From an uncultured Nitrososphaerales archaeon (lineage in GTDB: Archaea; Thermoproteota; Nitrososphaeria; Nitrososphaerales; Nitrososphaeraceae), in assembly GCA_963841565.1 (NCBI GenBank), contig CAWJCY010000001.1:122826-186825 (forward strand): a stretch of 64,000 nt of DNA. The letters run 5' to 3'. The position numbers and the translations under genes were made by a program. Below are positions 44,666-54,743 of the stretch, in pieces (within the stretch, counting starts at the first letter, position 1; each line of letters starts with the position of its first letter). The notes below the pieces were generated by a model, which worked only from the letters and a program-made list of their open reading frames with translations, did not search any database and was not told where the DNA came from.

Positions 44666-45820
44666 GTGAATCTTATGGTATTAGTTGGCCATTTTTTGGG
44701 AATGGCCGTTATCTTTTTGTGTATAGTGGCTATGCATGACTTACAGTATATCTCTGCTGGTTCAGTGTCCATGATTTCAGATACGACTAATGTTGGTGAT
44801 TCGGACAATATTTTATCATCAATATTCGATAACGTAAGCAATTCGATAGTACAAGTCGTAAGCGTAATCCCTCCTTTGTTCAATTTAAATCCTCAAGCCC
44901 AGAACACCACAGAAGTGGGCGCAGGATTCATTTATGACGATGCAGGACATATTGTTACTGGCAACCATGTTTTGGCTGGGGCGAACAATGCTAGCGTCGT
45001 TTTTAAAGATGGAGATAGATATAACGCAACCGTCGTAGGAAGAGATGCATTTACAGACACTGCCGTGATAAAGATAATAGCCAACAATAATACTGCTCCC
45101 CCGGAAACCAACATATTCTTTGATCCAGTGACGCTAGGAAATTCCTCTTCGCTAAGGATAGGTGATCACGTTGTAACTATAGGCTATCCATTTGCATCCA
45201 AAATAGCCATGACTGCAGGAATTATAAGCCAAACAGATTATCTGCTATATTTCCCATTTCTGGGGTATTCAGTACCCGATACAATCTTGACTGATGTGGC
45301 CGTCAATCCAGGAAATTCAGGCGGTCCATTGATAAACATGCGAGGAGAGGTAATTGGAATGATATATGGGAGGCTAAACCCTACCACTCCTTCGCCTGAA
45401 CAATTTCCTGGTTTGAGTGTGGCTATTCCATCTGATACAATTAACAGAGTTGCAGATGGATTAATTCAGGACGGATTTTACATACATCCAGCTGTGGGCA
45501 TAACTGGTTCTACTCTTACTGTTGATTTGGCAAAGCAATTTAAGGATATTCCAGATGATTTGGAAGGAGTATTAGTAGATACCGTAGTACCAGGGGGTAC
45601 TGCGGATATCGCTGGCATAGACGCTGCAACTACAAACAAATACGGAGAACGGCAGAGCGGTGATGTGATAACAGCCTTGGATGGTAATAGTATTGTCGAT
45701 ATCGAAGGTTTACTCTCTTACGTTCAGGAAAACAAAACTATAGGGGAAAACATTGTATTTACCGTATACAGGAACGGAGTATATTTGAACCTTAGCGCAC
45801 CTCTCCAACCCATCAAATAA
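44666..45820 (+). CDS. Secreted HtrA/DegP-like trypsin serine protease with PDZ domain
   Basis: Hydrophobic N-terminus; triad GNHV / TDTAV / NPGNSGGPL; C-terminal PDZ GDVITALDG. Confidence 0.93.
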   Translation: MNLMVLVGHFLGMAVIFLCIVAMHDLQYISAGSVSMISDTTNVGDSDNILSSIFDNVSNSIVQVVSVIPPLFNLNPQAQNTTEVGAGFIYDDAGHIVTGNHVLAGANNASVVFKDGDRYNATVVGRDAFTDTAVIKIIANNNTAPPETNIFFDPVTLGNSSSLRIGDHVVTIGYPFASKIAMTAGIISQTDYLLYFPFLGYSVPDTILTDVAVNPGNSGGPLINMRGEVIGMIYGRLNPTTPSPEQFPGLSVAIPSDTINRVADGLIQDGFYIHPAVGITGSTLTVDLAKQFKDIPDDLEGVLVDTVVPGGTADIAGIDAATTNKYGERQSGDVITALDGNSIVDIEGLLSYVQENKTIGENIVFTVYRNGVYLNLSAPLQPIK

Positions 45821-45921
45821 TGATGATCGGCAAACTTCATCCATCTAATATTTCCATCGGCCATTGATCTGTTTGTTCAGATATCTTGGCAAAAAGTCAA
45901 TTTGATAGGTGTAGCTGACAT

Positions 45922-47088
45922 TTATTCTTGGTACACAGTTTTCCCTTCCGCGATTACTAACACAGGATAGCTTGATAAAGAGAACGGATCACCGTTCCAA
46001 ATTACAAATGATGCCTTATACCCCGCCTTTACTTGACCAATGTCATTTACTCCGATAATGTCGGCCGCTTCTTTAGTAATTTTCGAGATAGCATCGGCTT
46101 TTGACATATCGAATCTTAAAAGATGCCTTAAAGTATAGAAAAGATTTCTCTGCAGAATTACGGGATGGTCACTCATAAATGAGAATTTTGCATTTGATGC
46201 TATCAGCTTTTCTACGTTCCTCCAACTTTCATGTTTTAGCTCTACTTTGTACGGAAAGGAGTCCATCGGTCCATAAACAACAGGTATTGAAGCGGCTTTT
46301 AATGCCGCAAAAACCTCCTCCCTATGTACGTCAGCGCAGTGATTTGCAACAGCCTTTATTCCAAATTCATTTACTAGTTGAATCAGCACCATTGCATCAT
46401 CTTCTTTGTGAAGGTGAACCATCATTTTGTATTTATTCGAAAGGATATCCATGAACACATCTGTTAGTGGTTCCACTTCATCAGTAACCTTTTTTTCCAT
46501 CTGTAATAGATGTTGCATTTTTCTTGCCTTTAACAAATTTTCGCGTAGCATAGCGATTGCTCCCATTCGTGTTGAAGGTCTGTCGCCCTTCCATTTTGTT
46601 GTACTACGGGGATTGTAACCCAACGCCATCTTTATTCCAACGTCTGAGATGTAAGCTTCGCCGATATCCTTTGCAAAATTGCGTATAAGAACCGCCTTTC
46701 CTCCAATTATGTTTCCACTTCCTGGTAAAACTGTCGAATAGAGTACACCTCCTTCAACCGATTCAACAAAAGAGGGGTCATCCATATAGATACTGTGTAA
46801 GGCATTCACTAGCGGATAAATAGGATTGAAACGCTCATTTGCCTCTTCTTCTCTATCAGGTTCGCCGGACCTTACTAATCCTATGTGACTGTGCGCATCA
46901 ATGAATCCGGGAGTTATTGCATACGTCTTTCCTTCTGCGATAATTTCGTTGTTCTTTTCTGTGGTCCCCTCTAACTTTGGTGTTTTATCCTGTCCGACAT
47001 ATTTTATCTCATCGCCTTCAAATCCTACGTAACAATCACTTTTCTCTTCGGTCCCATCAAATAAGGTGTTGCACCTAACTAACTTCAT
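45922..47088 (-). CDS. Metal-dependent amidohydrolase (imidazolonepropionase-like superfamily)
   Basis: TPGFIDAHSHIG, KMALGYNP, VHLH, NH, SDHP, G...GYKASFVIWNGDPF. Confidence 0.9.
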   Translation of the reverse strand: MKLVRCNTLFDGTEEKSDCYVGFEGDEIKYVGQDKTPKLEGTTEKNNEIIAEGKTYAITPGFIDAHSHIGLVRSGEPDREEEANERFNPIYPLVNALHSIYMDDPSFVESVEGGVLYSTVLPGSGNIIGGKAVLIRNFAKDIGEAYISDVGIKMALGYNPRSTTKWKGDRPSTRMGAIAMLRENLLKARKMQHLLQMEKKVTDEVEPLTDVFMDILSNKYKMMVHLHKEDDAMVLIQLVNEFGIKAVANHCADVHREEVFAALKAASIPVVYGPMDSFPYKVELKHESWRNVEKLIASNAKFSFMSDHPVILQRNLFYTLRHLLRFDMSKADAISKITKEAADIIGVNDIGQVKAGYKASFVIWNGDPFSLSSYPVLVIAEGKTVYQE

Positions 47089-47303
47089 AAAACTTGATCC
47101 TCGGATAGGATCTGTTTGTTGGCTTGTTCATAAACGTATGGTTCTCGCTATCACAAAGAAGACTGAGTCAATCGTGGGGGAAGAAATTCGTAATTCATTT
47201 GGATGTTACGAAGTTAGCATTAATTCATTTCTAAAACCCAGCAAGGATAGTCTGCTCTTCGAAAAAGCATATCAATCCAGAGAATTTCAACCTATCGGTC
47301 CTT

Positions 47304-47868
47304 TTCTAATATGATTGAATATGAAAAGTAGGGATTTGTGTAGTCCTATTTCCGGTGCTTAGGGTTACTTCCCCTTCGTTATTGCCTTCGTCTTTACTGT
47401 CGATTTCGCTCTTCTTATCGTCGCTGCCTTTCTTATTGTCGTCGTCGTTGTCGTTTATTGCGACAGCGGCCGCTGAAGAGCCACTATCGCCATTCTTCTT
47501 GTTTTTATCGGCACCAGATGCAGCTACTCAGGCTGCAGCCGAGCTATTATTGCCATGCCTCTTCTTACCAGGGTTGTCGCTGGCTGATGTAGCTGCCGCC
47601 GCACTTGAACCATCCGCTGCTGTTGAACCCCCATCACCACGCATTCCCATTTCCCATAGCCGCCATCTGACGCGGCTGCAATTAGGGTTGCTACTGAATC
47701 ATCGTGACCAACCTTCTATTTGTGCCCCGCTCCGCCTTATGCGACTGCGCCCGCACTATCCGTTGCGGCTGCCGAGGCAGAACCGGCTGCAGATCCACAG
47801 GCTTGGGCGGCTGCTGCTTCGGCTGTCAAACCGGAAAAGATTGCGAATACTTGAATCGTTGGCACCAT
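47304..47868 (-). pseudogene. Decayed Ala/Ser/Gly/Asp-rich repetitive secreted protein
   Basis: Minus strand reads MVPTIQVFA...EAAAAQACGSAAGSASAAATDSAGAVA*, later GSSAAAATSASDNPGKKRHGNNSSAAA*VAASGADKNKKNGDSGSSAAAVA...; in-frame TAA/TAG/TGA plus a frame change; 3' boundary approximate. Confidence 0.55.
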
Positions 47869-48052
47869 ATGGGTTATTGCTCCAAATGGTATATCTATTT
47901 AGAACATACAATTGCGCTGAATTTCCTATGGAAGTTACGCTACGAAGAAGGCCAATGCTAGCTAACCACCTGTGTGCAGATACTTACTATTCTAACAGAC
48001 CGCAGTCAATCCGCTCTTAAAGGTTAATAGGTACTAACGATCAAATACAAGT

Positions 48053-48271
48053 ATGGCAAATTACGAAGCCGTAAAGGCCAGCGTGGAAAAAAATGGCGAG
48101 GTAATGATTAGATTGGATACCGGTGAAAAGATCGAATTACACAAGCATAATGTAAAGTTTGAAAATGCTACTAAAGAGATAGTAGTTGACGCGAGTACCG
48201 AAACATATTGGATTGGTGCCGACCGGATTTCATACTATTGGATTCATAAAGAGGGCTTTGAAAAGGAGTAA
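48053..48271 (+). CDS. Small hypothetical protein (72 aa, beta-rich)
   Basis: GEVMIRLDTGEKIELHKHNV...YWI...YYWIH; ATG with AT-rich promoter upstream. Confidence 0.7.
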   Translation: MANYEAVKASVEKNGEVMIRLDTGEKIELHKHNVKFENATKEIVVDASTETYWIGADRISYYWIHKEGFEKE

Positions 48272-48802
48272 TTGATTCACGGCAGATTCTATTCCTGTAC
48301 ACCAAAAAAAGGGGTTTTCTATTACCAGATTGTAGAGGTGTCCTCTTGGGATAGCATTTTGCAATATCGTGTCCGCTGACGCTGAGATTACTTATAGGAT
48401 CTCTGGATATTTTATGACGCAAGCCTTTCAAGACATCTTGAACAATGCATTTCTCGCATTGCCGACAATATCGACTAGAAGCTGGCGAGAAATTGCGTAT
48501 ACTACCGCACGGATTTCTCTATTCTCAAATATTAATTACTACCATCCACTACCGTTGTGTGTAAAGCTTTGATCTTGAATCAAAGATGACAGGTTGGGGT
48601 CTGATCAAGTAAGGGACTTGATTTGGCTTTGGCGCTATCCATAGCCCCTTCCTTCTGGGATGCATTGTAAACAACCATTACGCGACACTAATCATATTGT
48701 ATTTTAATACATTATCTTTGCGTTTATTCGATAAAGAATCTACACAAGAAATTTGTTCCTTTGTACTAATAGTATTGTTTCAAAATAGTCGGCATCGGTC
48801 AG

Positions 48803-50060
48803 TCAAACTAGTTCATATCTTCTACCATAAGCATGTAAGGCATTCTTGAAGGGCTCCAAGGGTGCCCTCACTAGGCCTGCCCCGATATAGCCTCCGCCTT
48901 CTCGCTTATGTGCAATAGCTGTATCTATAACAGGAGTGATCCCTGTTCTCATCACTTTTCTGATATCAATACCTGTTGCAGTACCTTGAAAGTTAATGAT
49001 TGGTAAAGTAAATGTATCATTAAGTGAATTTGTGATTTTCCGCATCTCATATGTGTACCTTATAGCGTCCTCGGCGGATCCACCAATGAGTGCCAATATT
49101 GCAGGTGATCCTGCCAAAGCGAATGCTCCGATACCCGCAGTCTCGGTAATTGCACTATCACCGATATCAGGATTAGCGTCTTCTGGGCCATAACCTGGAA
49201 AATACAATCCTTGAATCATGTTTGCCTCTCCAACGAACCAGTCATTTCCCAAACCACTCACCTTTATTCCAAAGTTAGTTCCATTTCTTGCCATCACTGT
49301 TACTATCGTACTGTATCGAATATCATGAGCCGCTTTTGCTATTGCTTTGCAAGCGAGCCATACTTACGCACAGGAAAAAAATATCATTCTCTGAGAGGTA
49401 TTTTGTTACCTCTCCTACCTCCTTTGGATTGCAAACTCCCAGTAGGTGAGGTAATATGGTAATTTCGAAAAGTAACGTACCAGCAGCTGGCCTATTATGC
49501 AGTTCGTCTCCCATGTGCAATGCCTTAGCCATTATCGGTTTAAGATCGATCCCCTTACTCTTACGGATGGCCTTGCCCAATAACTGAGATAGTTTTTCAG
49601 ACCAAAATCTAAGAACATCAACTGACTCTTTATCGAAGAGTCCAAATTGCACTCTGTTTTCTACGAATCGGGCAAAACATGTCTTGCCATTACTTTGATC
49701 CTTGACAACAAGGATAGGCAACGATGGAGAGATTACTCCTGCCATAGGTCCTACTGCATCATGATCGTGGTTAGAAGAAAATTCGATTTCGCCCTCCTTT
49801 ATCAATTTTACAGCATCACTCCAAGTCGTGGCTAATCCTTCGTAGATCATCGTACCCACGATTGCCCCTCGCAATGGGCCACACATCATTTTCCAATCAA
49901 TGGGAGGACCTGCATGAAAAATTGAGTTCTTCTTCATTTGAGGGAGAATATCCATTGCACATTTAATATCGATGAGCATGGGTCTGGAAAGACGCATCCG
50001 TTCGAGTGCCTTAATGTTAGCTTCTTCTATACGCTCTTTGATTCTAATTTCATTATTCAT
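48803..50060 (-). CDS. ylbE: DUF1116 protein (YlbE/AllG/YahG; oxamate carbamoyltransferase subunit family), +1 frameshift near 49355
   Basis: HAGPPI.W..MCGP.RGA, HDAVGPMAGVISPS, ALHMGDELHNR, MARNG..FGI, DANPDIGDSAITE..G.G, TGI.PVI.TAIAH. Confidence 0.9.
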
Positions 50061-50084
50061 TATGAGTATTTCCTGTAGTAATGG

Positions 50085-51059
50085 TCATCTAAAGAAATGT
50101 GTCCCAGATATACCAGCTAATGCATCAGAAAGGTGTTGAAGAGAGCAGACTATTGCCTCCTTTCCTCCGTTTCTTATAAATGAGATTGACGCTTGCACTT
50201 TGGGACCAATGCTGCCGCTTTCCAGGTCTTGCGAGCCCAATTTCTCTTCGAGATTCGTTCCCATACTGACAGTACCTATGAGCTCTTGGTTCTTCTTTCC
50301 ATAGTTTCGATATATTCCATCTACGTTGGTTAGTAATACCAACGTTGAAGCACCAATTGACGTTGCTAGTCTTTCACTGGCGAGATCTTTGTCTATCACA
50401 GCGTCGACTCCTTTGGTATTCCAATTCTCCTTCATCACGGGTATTCCCCCCCCTCCACATGCGACAACAATAAATCCAGCATCTACCAGAGAACGAATTG
50501 CTTCATAATTTACGATGGTAATAGGCCTTGGGGATGGAACCAAGAGCTTGAACTTTGTGCCATCAGAGCCTACTTTCCGTTTCTTAAGCTGTACTATTTC
50601 ATTTCTCAAGAGAACTTCGGTAATTTCGTCGTTAAATGTTTCTCCAATAGGCTTAGTGGGGTTGAGAAATGCATTGTCATTTGAATCAACAATTACTCTA
50701 GTAAGGAGAGTGGTCACGTTCTTATTCATGTTCGAACGGTCTAGCTCATCTTGTAATGCTTGTTCAATAATATATCCAATAAACCCTTGCGTTTCTGCGG
50801 TACATACGTATAACGGTAGGGCAGGATAATATTCGTCTGCTAGCCTATGTCTAACAAGGGTTGCTCCTACCTGTGGTCCGTTACCATGAGTTAGAACTAT
50901 TCTGTTTCTACAGTTGTCCCTTTTCATAAATTCAACGATCTGCTTCACAGCAACCTGTACGTTATGGTACTGTTCTTCAAATGTTCCTTTCTCACCAGAT
51001 CTCACAAGAGCATTTCCACCGATAGCAAAAACGATTAGATCTGATCTTGAATTACTCAA
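50085..51059 (-). CDS. arcC: Carbamate kinase
   Basis: AIGGNAL, THGNGPQVG, NPTKPIG, VPSP.P, GGGGIPV, DAVIDKDLAS, GSIGPKV. Confidence 0.95.
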   Translation of the reverse strand: MSNSRSDLIVFAIGGNALVRSGEKGTFEEQYHNVQVAVKQIVEFMKRDNCRNRIVLTHGNGPQVGATLVRHRLADEYYPALPLYVCTAETQGFIGYIIEQALQDELDRSNMNKNVTTLLTRVIVDSNDNAFLNPTKPIGETFNDEITEVLLRNEIVQLKKRKVGSDGTKFKLLVPSPRPITIVNYEAIRSLVDAGFIVVACGGGGIPVMKENWNTKGVDAVIDKDLASERLATSIGASTLVLLTNVDGIYRNYGKKNQELIGTVSMGTNLEEKLGSQDLESGSIGPKVQASISFIRNGGKEAIVCSLQHLSDALAGISGTHFFR

Positions 51060-51348
51060 GGGTTACTAAACTAGGCATATCTTATTTAAATTTAATGCAC
51101 AGAACATCTAAGAATTTGCATTTATCATAAAATCAGAATACATAGATATATAAATTATTAAAGACTGGTTATGGAAGACTTGCGAGCACTTATTTGTATT
51201 CGATCCTACTATTTGTGATCGATTTCAATTGGTAGTAAGGAAAATGCCTACGCATTGAAGCCGAACTAACTGCATTCCAGGGTAGGGATAAAATTTAAAT
51301 TCTTTCGAACGCATTTTCTTGATATCGTTTCAGATATTGGTCTTTTTG

Positions 51349-52284
51349 TCAGTTTCTTGCCTCTGAAAAACTGTGAACCTTAGGTAAGAGATCTGTGCCA
51401 AGGAACCGATCGCCTAACGTGAATAAAGCTATTGAGAGACCGGTACCAATATCTATTCCAGAGGTGTGTCCTCTGCAACTTAGCGTAGATAACAATGACA
51501 TGTAGCGTTCAATATGCCCTTCCCCAATCGAATTGATCAAACCTTGAATTTGTTCATCGACGATCAATTTTTGGTAGTATCCAATGAATTTGAAGCTGAT
51601 CCAAGTGGTCAAATCGTAGACACTCTTCATTGGTAGCGATATAGGAGGACATTTTAGATTTTGTGATAGCCAATTAAACAAGGAACTAAAACCGCAGATG
51701 AAATCATCTCCAGACGGTGTGAATCCGGGGCCCCTTCCGCACATTTTCATCAATGAATGGGACAACATCCTAACAAATTTGGTGTCATCTTTGTTCCTAA
51801 TGTTATTCTCTGAAGTTTCAGCAATGAACTGATGAAAGAGGCCTTGATTTGTTATCTCCGGTTCCAACAGACAACCACTCTTCCTTAATTTCATGAGGGA
51901 ACTCAAAATTTTTTCTGCAGCCTCGCTAAATTCGACCAATTTAGTATTAGTAGGCCTCACAAAAAAGTTTTTAAAGATAATGCTCTTTGCTGTGTGCAAT
52001 TTTATTCTCTCTCCAATGGAGACCCAGTCCCGGAATCTAAAGACATCACATCCATAATCGACAAGTCCTGCAAAATTGGAGTTACTAGATTGGGGCGTCA
52101 GGTTTATTGTGATAGGAGATTGTACCTTGTTTAGACTTATGACTAACAGTTCATTTCTAGAAGTCATGACGTTGAGACTAGAGGGAAACGAGCTTATGAC
52201 CTTACCAACTAAATTCTTCTTGGCTGTAGACTTGCGCATGTATTTTTGCAACACTCCTATGCACTCGCAATTGAAAGAAACCAT
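51349..52284 (-). CDS. ylbF: DUF2877 protein (YlbF/AllH/YahE family)
   Basis: GRGPGFTPSGDDFICG, TT..S, GHTSGID signature motifs. Confidence 0.88.
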   Translation of the reverse strand: MVSFNCECIGVLQKYMRKSTAKKNLVGKVISSFPSSLNVMTSRNELLVISLNKVQSPITINLTPQSSNSNFAGLVDYGCDVFRFRDWVSIGERIKLHTAKSIIFKNFFVRPTNTKLVEFSEAAEKILSSLMKLRKSGCLLEPEITNQGLFHQFIAETSENNIRNKDDTKFVRMLSHSLMKMCGRGPGFTPSGDDFICGFSSLFNWLSQNLKCPPISLPMKSVYDLTTWISFKFIGYYQKLIVDEQIQGLINSIGEGHIERYMSLLSTLSCRGHTSGIDIGTGLSIALFTLGDRFLGTDLLPKVHSFSEARN

Positions 52285-52417
52285 GTCTTCGCGTACCTCT
52301 GCTGTGGACGTATCTCCACTAGATGCATCTGATTGACATGTCAGTCTCTTCGCCTACATCAAGTTGCATTAACTCTTTTAAGCCTTTCGTATTCATTAAT
52401 TATTGTTATCGATGAGA

Positions 52418-52591
52418 TTACATAATTTTTGATAGAATCTCTTCACTAAGCTTGTCAAGGACAGGACCTGGTTTCCAGTCTACTTGAACGACTTTAATAT
52501 TTTGAACCTTTAGTGCATCATAAAAGATGCTCATACCTATGTTAATTACTTTCAAATCTGTATCCAATAATTTCTTTTGTGTGTTGGTCAT
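52418..52591 (-). CDS. 57-aa FdrA-associated small protein (stand-alone YahG N-terminal-like domain; not in the ORF track)
   Basis: MTNTQKKLLDTDLKVINIGMSIFYDALKVQNIKVVQVDWKPGP...; ATG overlaps the fdrA stop (TAATG). Confidence 0.85.
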   Translation of the reverse strand: MTNTQKKLLDTDLKVINIGMSIFYDALKVQNIKVVQVDWKPGPVLDKLSEEILSKIM

Positions 52592-54288
52592 TATGTCAAT
52601 TCGCCTAGATGTTTTTCTCCAATAAACTGTGAATATGCCTCTCGGAAGTCAATATGCCTTTTGGCTACTATGCCTGCAGCAGCGATTGCAGCGAAGGCAT
52701 TGGTAGGGAGAACCAGGACACCTGAATCCTTCAATCTTGTCAAAGATTGATCGTAACCTTGAGGGTCTCTTCGCGTCCCACAGACATGAGCTACAATGCT
52801 AAGGTATCGCTTGGCTTTAGAAGCTATTAGCTTTGCATTTCTAATTTCGTCAATAACTGAGCCAACTGGATCAGGATTGGAGCCATAACCAAGTACAAAA
52901 TCGAGGAGTATCACCGCTACATCCTTATAAGAGGCCTCTTCAACAATTCTGAGTTTTCTTATTGTAGGGTCTATCATTGGATGTGCCCTGCCTTTAGTAA
53001 ACTCTTCCTCACCAAGATCGATAACTGAATTCTTGAAACTTCTCATTGTGTCCTGTAGAAGTTGTGCCTTGGTTAGTGGAGCGTTAGAATAGAGTGGCCT
53101 AACAGCAAGGCCATTAAGAATAACCTGTGTTTCATATGCAAAAGTGCCACCGGTGTATAATGCTCTTAGGTACTTTTGTTCATTCTTAAGGCGCTTCCTT
53201 TCTGTCATAACAATTCGTTTGAGATCCTCAATCTTGACGTAAATAGGATCCATTGTCGATTCAGACTTGCTTACGTTATCGATATGTTTTACGGTTGCAA
53301 AGACCGATGATGTAAGAGTACTGGCGATAATAATTTTGTTTGGTTGCCTGGTAAGCCTCCTGTTACTGCTAACTTTTTTCACTTTAGTATTCTCTGCATA
53401 TGCGTTACTGCCGATAAAAGTCATTACGTACTTTTTCTTTCCGTGCCTTGTTGCATGATCAATTATTTTCTGCTGGACACTTGGTGCGGGAGGCTTTGAC
53501 ACTATATTAATCACATCGATATCTTCACATTCATCTAGCATCTTTAACGCCTCTGACATCATTAAGCCGCCAATCTTCTCTTTAGGATCATTTCCTCCGA
53601 CCCCCAGTCCATGCCTAACCCCTATTCCACAATGATCTAGTAATGTAGAAACCTCTTGTAATCCCGTACCCGCTGCTGCTACAATCGCGACAGGACCCGT
53701 GGTAACCGCATTTGAGAACCCAATTCCTCTTCCATTGATAATGGACGTCCCAGCACCTGGTCCCAAAATCAATACATGATTCTTCACTGCATATCTTTTT
53801 ATCTCAAGCTCATCATCCATACTGACATGATCGCTGAAAATTTGTTGATGAATTCCCTCTTCGATCAATCTGAATGCTAAGCCTCTAACGTGTTCACCAG
53901 GAACCGAAATTAATGCAATGTTAATGTCCTTAAAAGAACTAAGCACTGACTCAAGATCATGTGTCTCGTTAGTCGAGGAATGGTCCATATCTAGGGTTTG
54001 CTCGCCGCCAGTCCCACGTAGAATAGCTTCGATTTTTGGGATTGTTGCACTCAAGGAGCCGGCATCCTTAGCTCTTAAGGCAATTATCATATCGGAGTTC
54101 TCTGCCTTCGTAATTTGGTGAGTGGGAAAACCTAACTTAATCAAGATTTCTTTGTTAGTTTTAGTGCCCATAACCAGAGAGGCTTCTATTAGTCCAGGAT
54201 ATCGCTTGATCTCATCTGACAATCTAAGAAGTTCAAGTGAATCTCTATAGTAATTACGCTTAACTAGAACGTTTTGATGAGTATTCAC
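52591..54288 (-). CDS. fdrA: FdrA/AllF/YahF acyl-CoA-synthetase-like protein
   Basis: YRDSLELL, MGTKTNK, ISVPG, FSDHV, GPGAGT, GTGLQE, SKPPA, YTGGTFAYE, DLGEEEFTKGRAHPMIDP, DFVLGYGS.PDP, GT..DPQ. Confidence 0.93.
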   Translation of the reverse strand: MNTHQNVLVKRNYYRDSLELLRLSDEIKRYPGLIEASLVMGTKTNKEILIKLGFPTHQITKAENSDMIIALRAKDAGSLSATIPKIEAILRGTGGEQTLDMDHSSTNETHDLESVLSSFKDINIALISVPGEHVRGLAFRLIEEGIHQQIFSDHVSMDDELEIKRYAVKNHVLILGPGAGTSIINGRGIGFSNAVTTGPVAIVAAAGTGLQEVSTLLDHCGIGVRHGLGVGGNDPKEKIGGLMMSEALKMLDECEDIDVINIVSKPPAPSVQQKIIDHATRHGKKKYVMTFIGSNAYAENTKVKKVSSNRRLTRQPNKIIIASTLTSSVFATVKHIDNVSKSESTMDPIYVKIEDLKRIVMTERKRLKNEQKYLRALYTGGTFAYETQVILNGLAVRPLYSNAPLTKAQLLQDTMRSFKNSVIDLGEEEFTKGRAHPMIDPTIRKLRIVEEASYKDVAVILLDFVLGYGSNPDPVGSVIDEIRNAKLIASKAKRYLSIVAHVCGTRRDPQGYDQSLTRLKDSGVLVLPTNAFAAIAAAGIVAKRHIDFREAYSQFIGEKHLGELT

Positions 54289-54667
54289 AGAAGGTATGGA
54301 ACTGCCCGTTTTCGTAGTTCAGCGTTCAAAGCTATGGTATTTAAGCATAGTTGCGCTTTCAGCTAAAAATGCGCATAAATACAGTCATCATTTGATTAAA
54401 TTATATTGCAGATGTAATGAATAATCATAAGTGGTAGAACTACTTTTCCGGTAATTAGGATTATACGGGGATGATTGAAAGGGGTACTAGGACTCGCCAC
54501 TGTTTGATAGTAGACTCCGGGAAGGTGAGGTTTAATTTTCGTTCCTCTAGCATCAGATGCGACAGGCATTTAAAAAAGATTTGATTTCACATATCATCCA
54601 GAGTGTGTACTAAAGCCTGAAAAACTTGGACATTTGATCTGGCACCTGTTCAATCTAAACTTTCTTT

Positions 54668-54685
54668 TTTATGATATATCATAAA
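54668..54685. promoter_or_regulatory. Perfect 18-bp palindrome, candidate operator
   Basis: TTTATGATATATCATAAA in the divergent fdrA/ABC-transporter intergenic region, about 20 nt upstream of a TATA-like CTATATTA. Confidence 0.5.
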
Positions 54686-54743
54686 TCTTTAGCATAAATC
54701 AGACAAACTATATTACGATCTCCAACTGCTATAAATCCTGAGT

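Noticed and set aside
47355-48020. 221-aa Leu/Ser/Arg-rich plus-strand ORF
   Set aside because: Its composition is what the reverse complement of a GCN/GAY/AAR-rich minus-strand gene would give; treated as a shadow of the pseudogene
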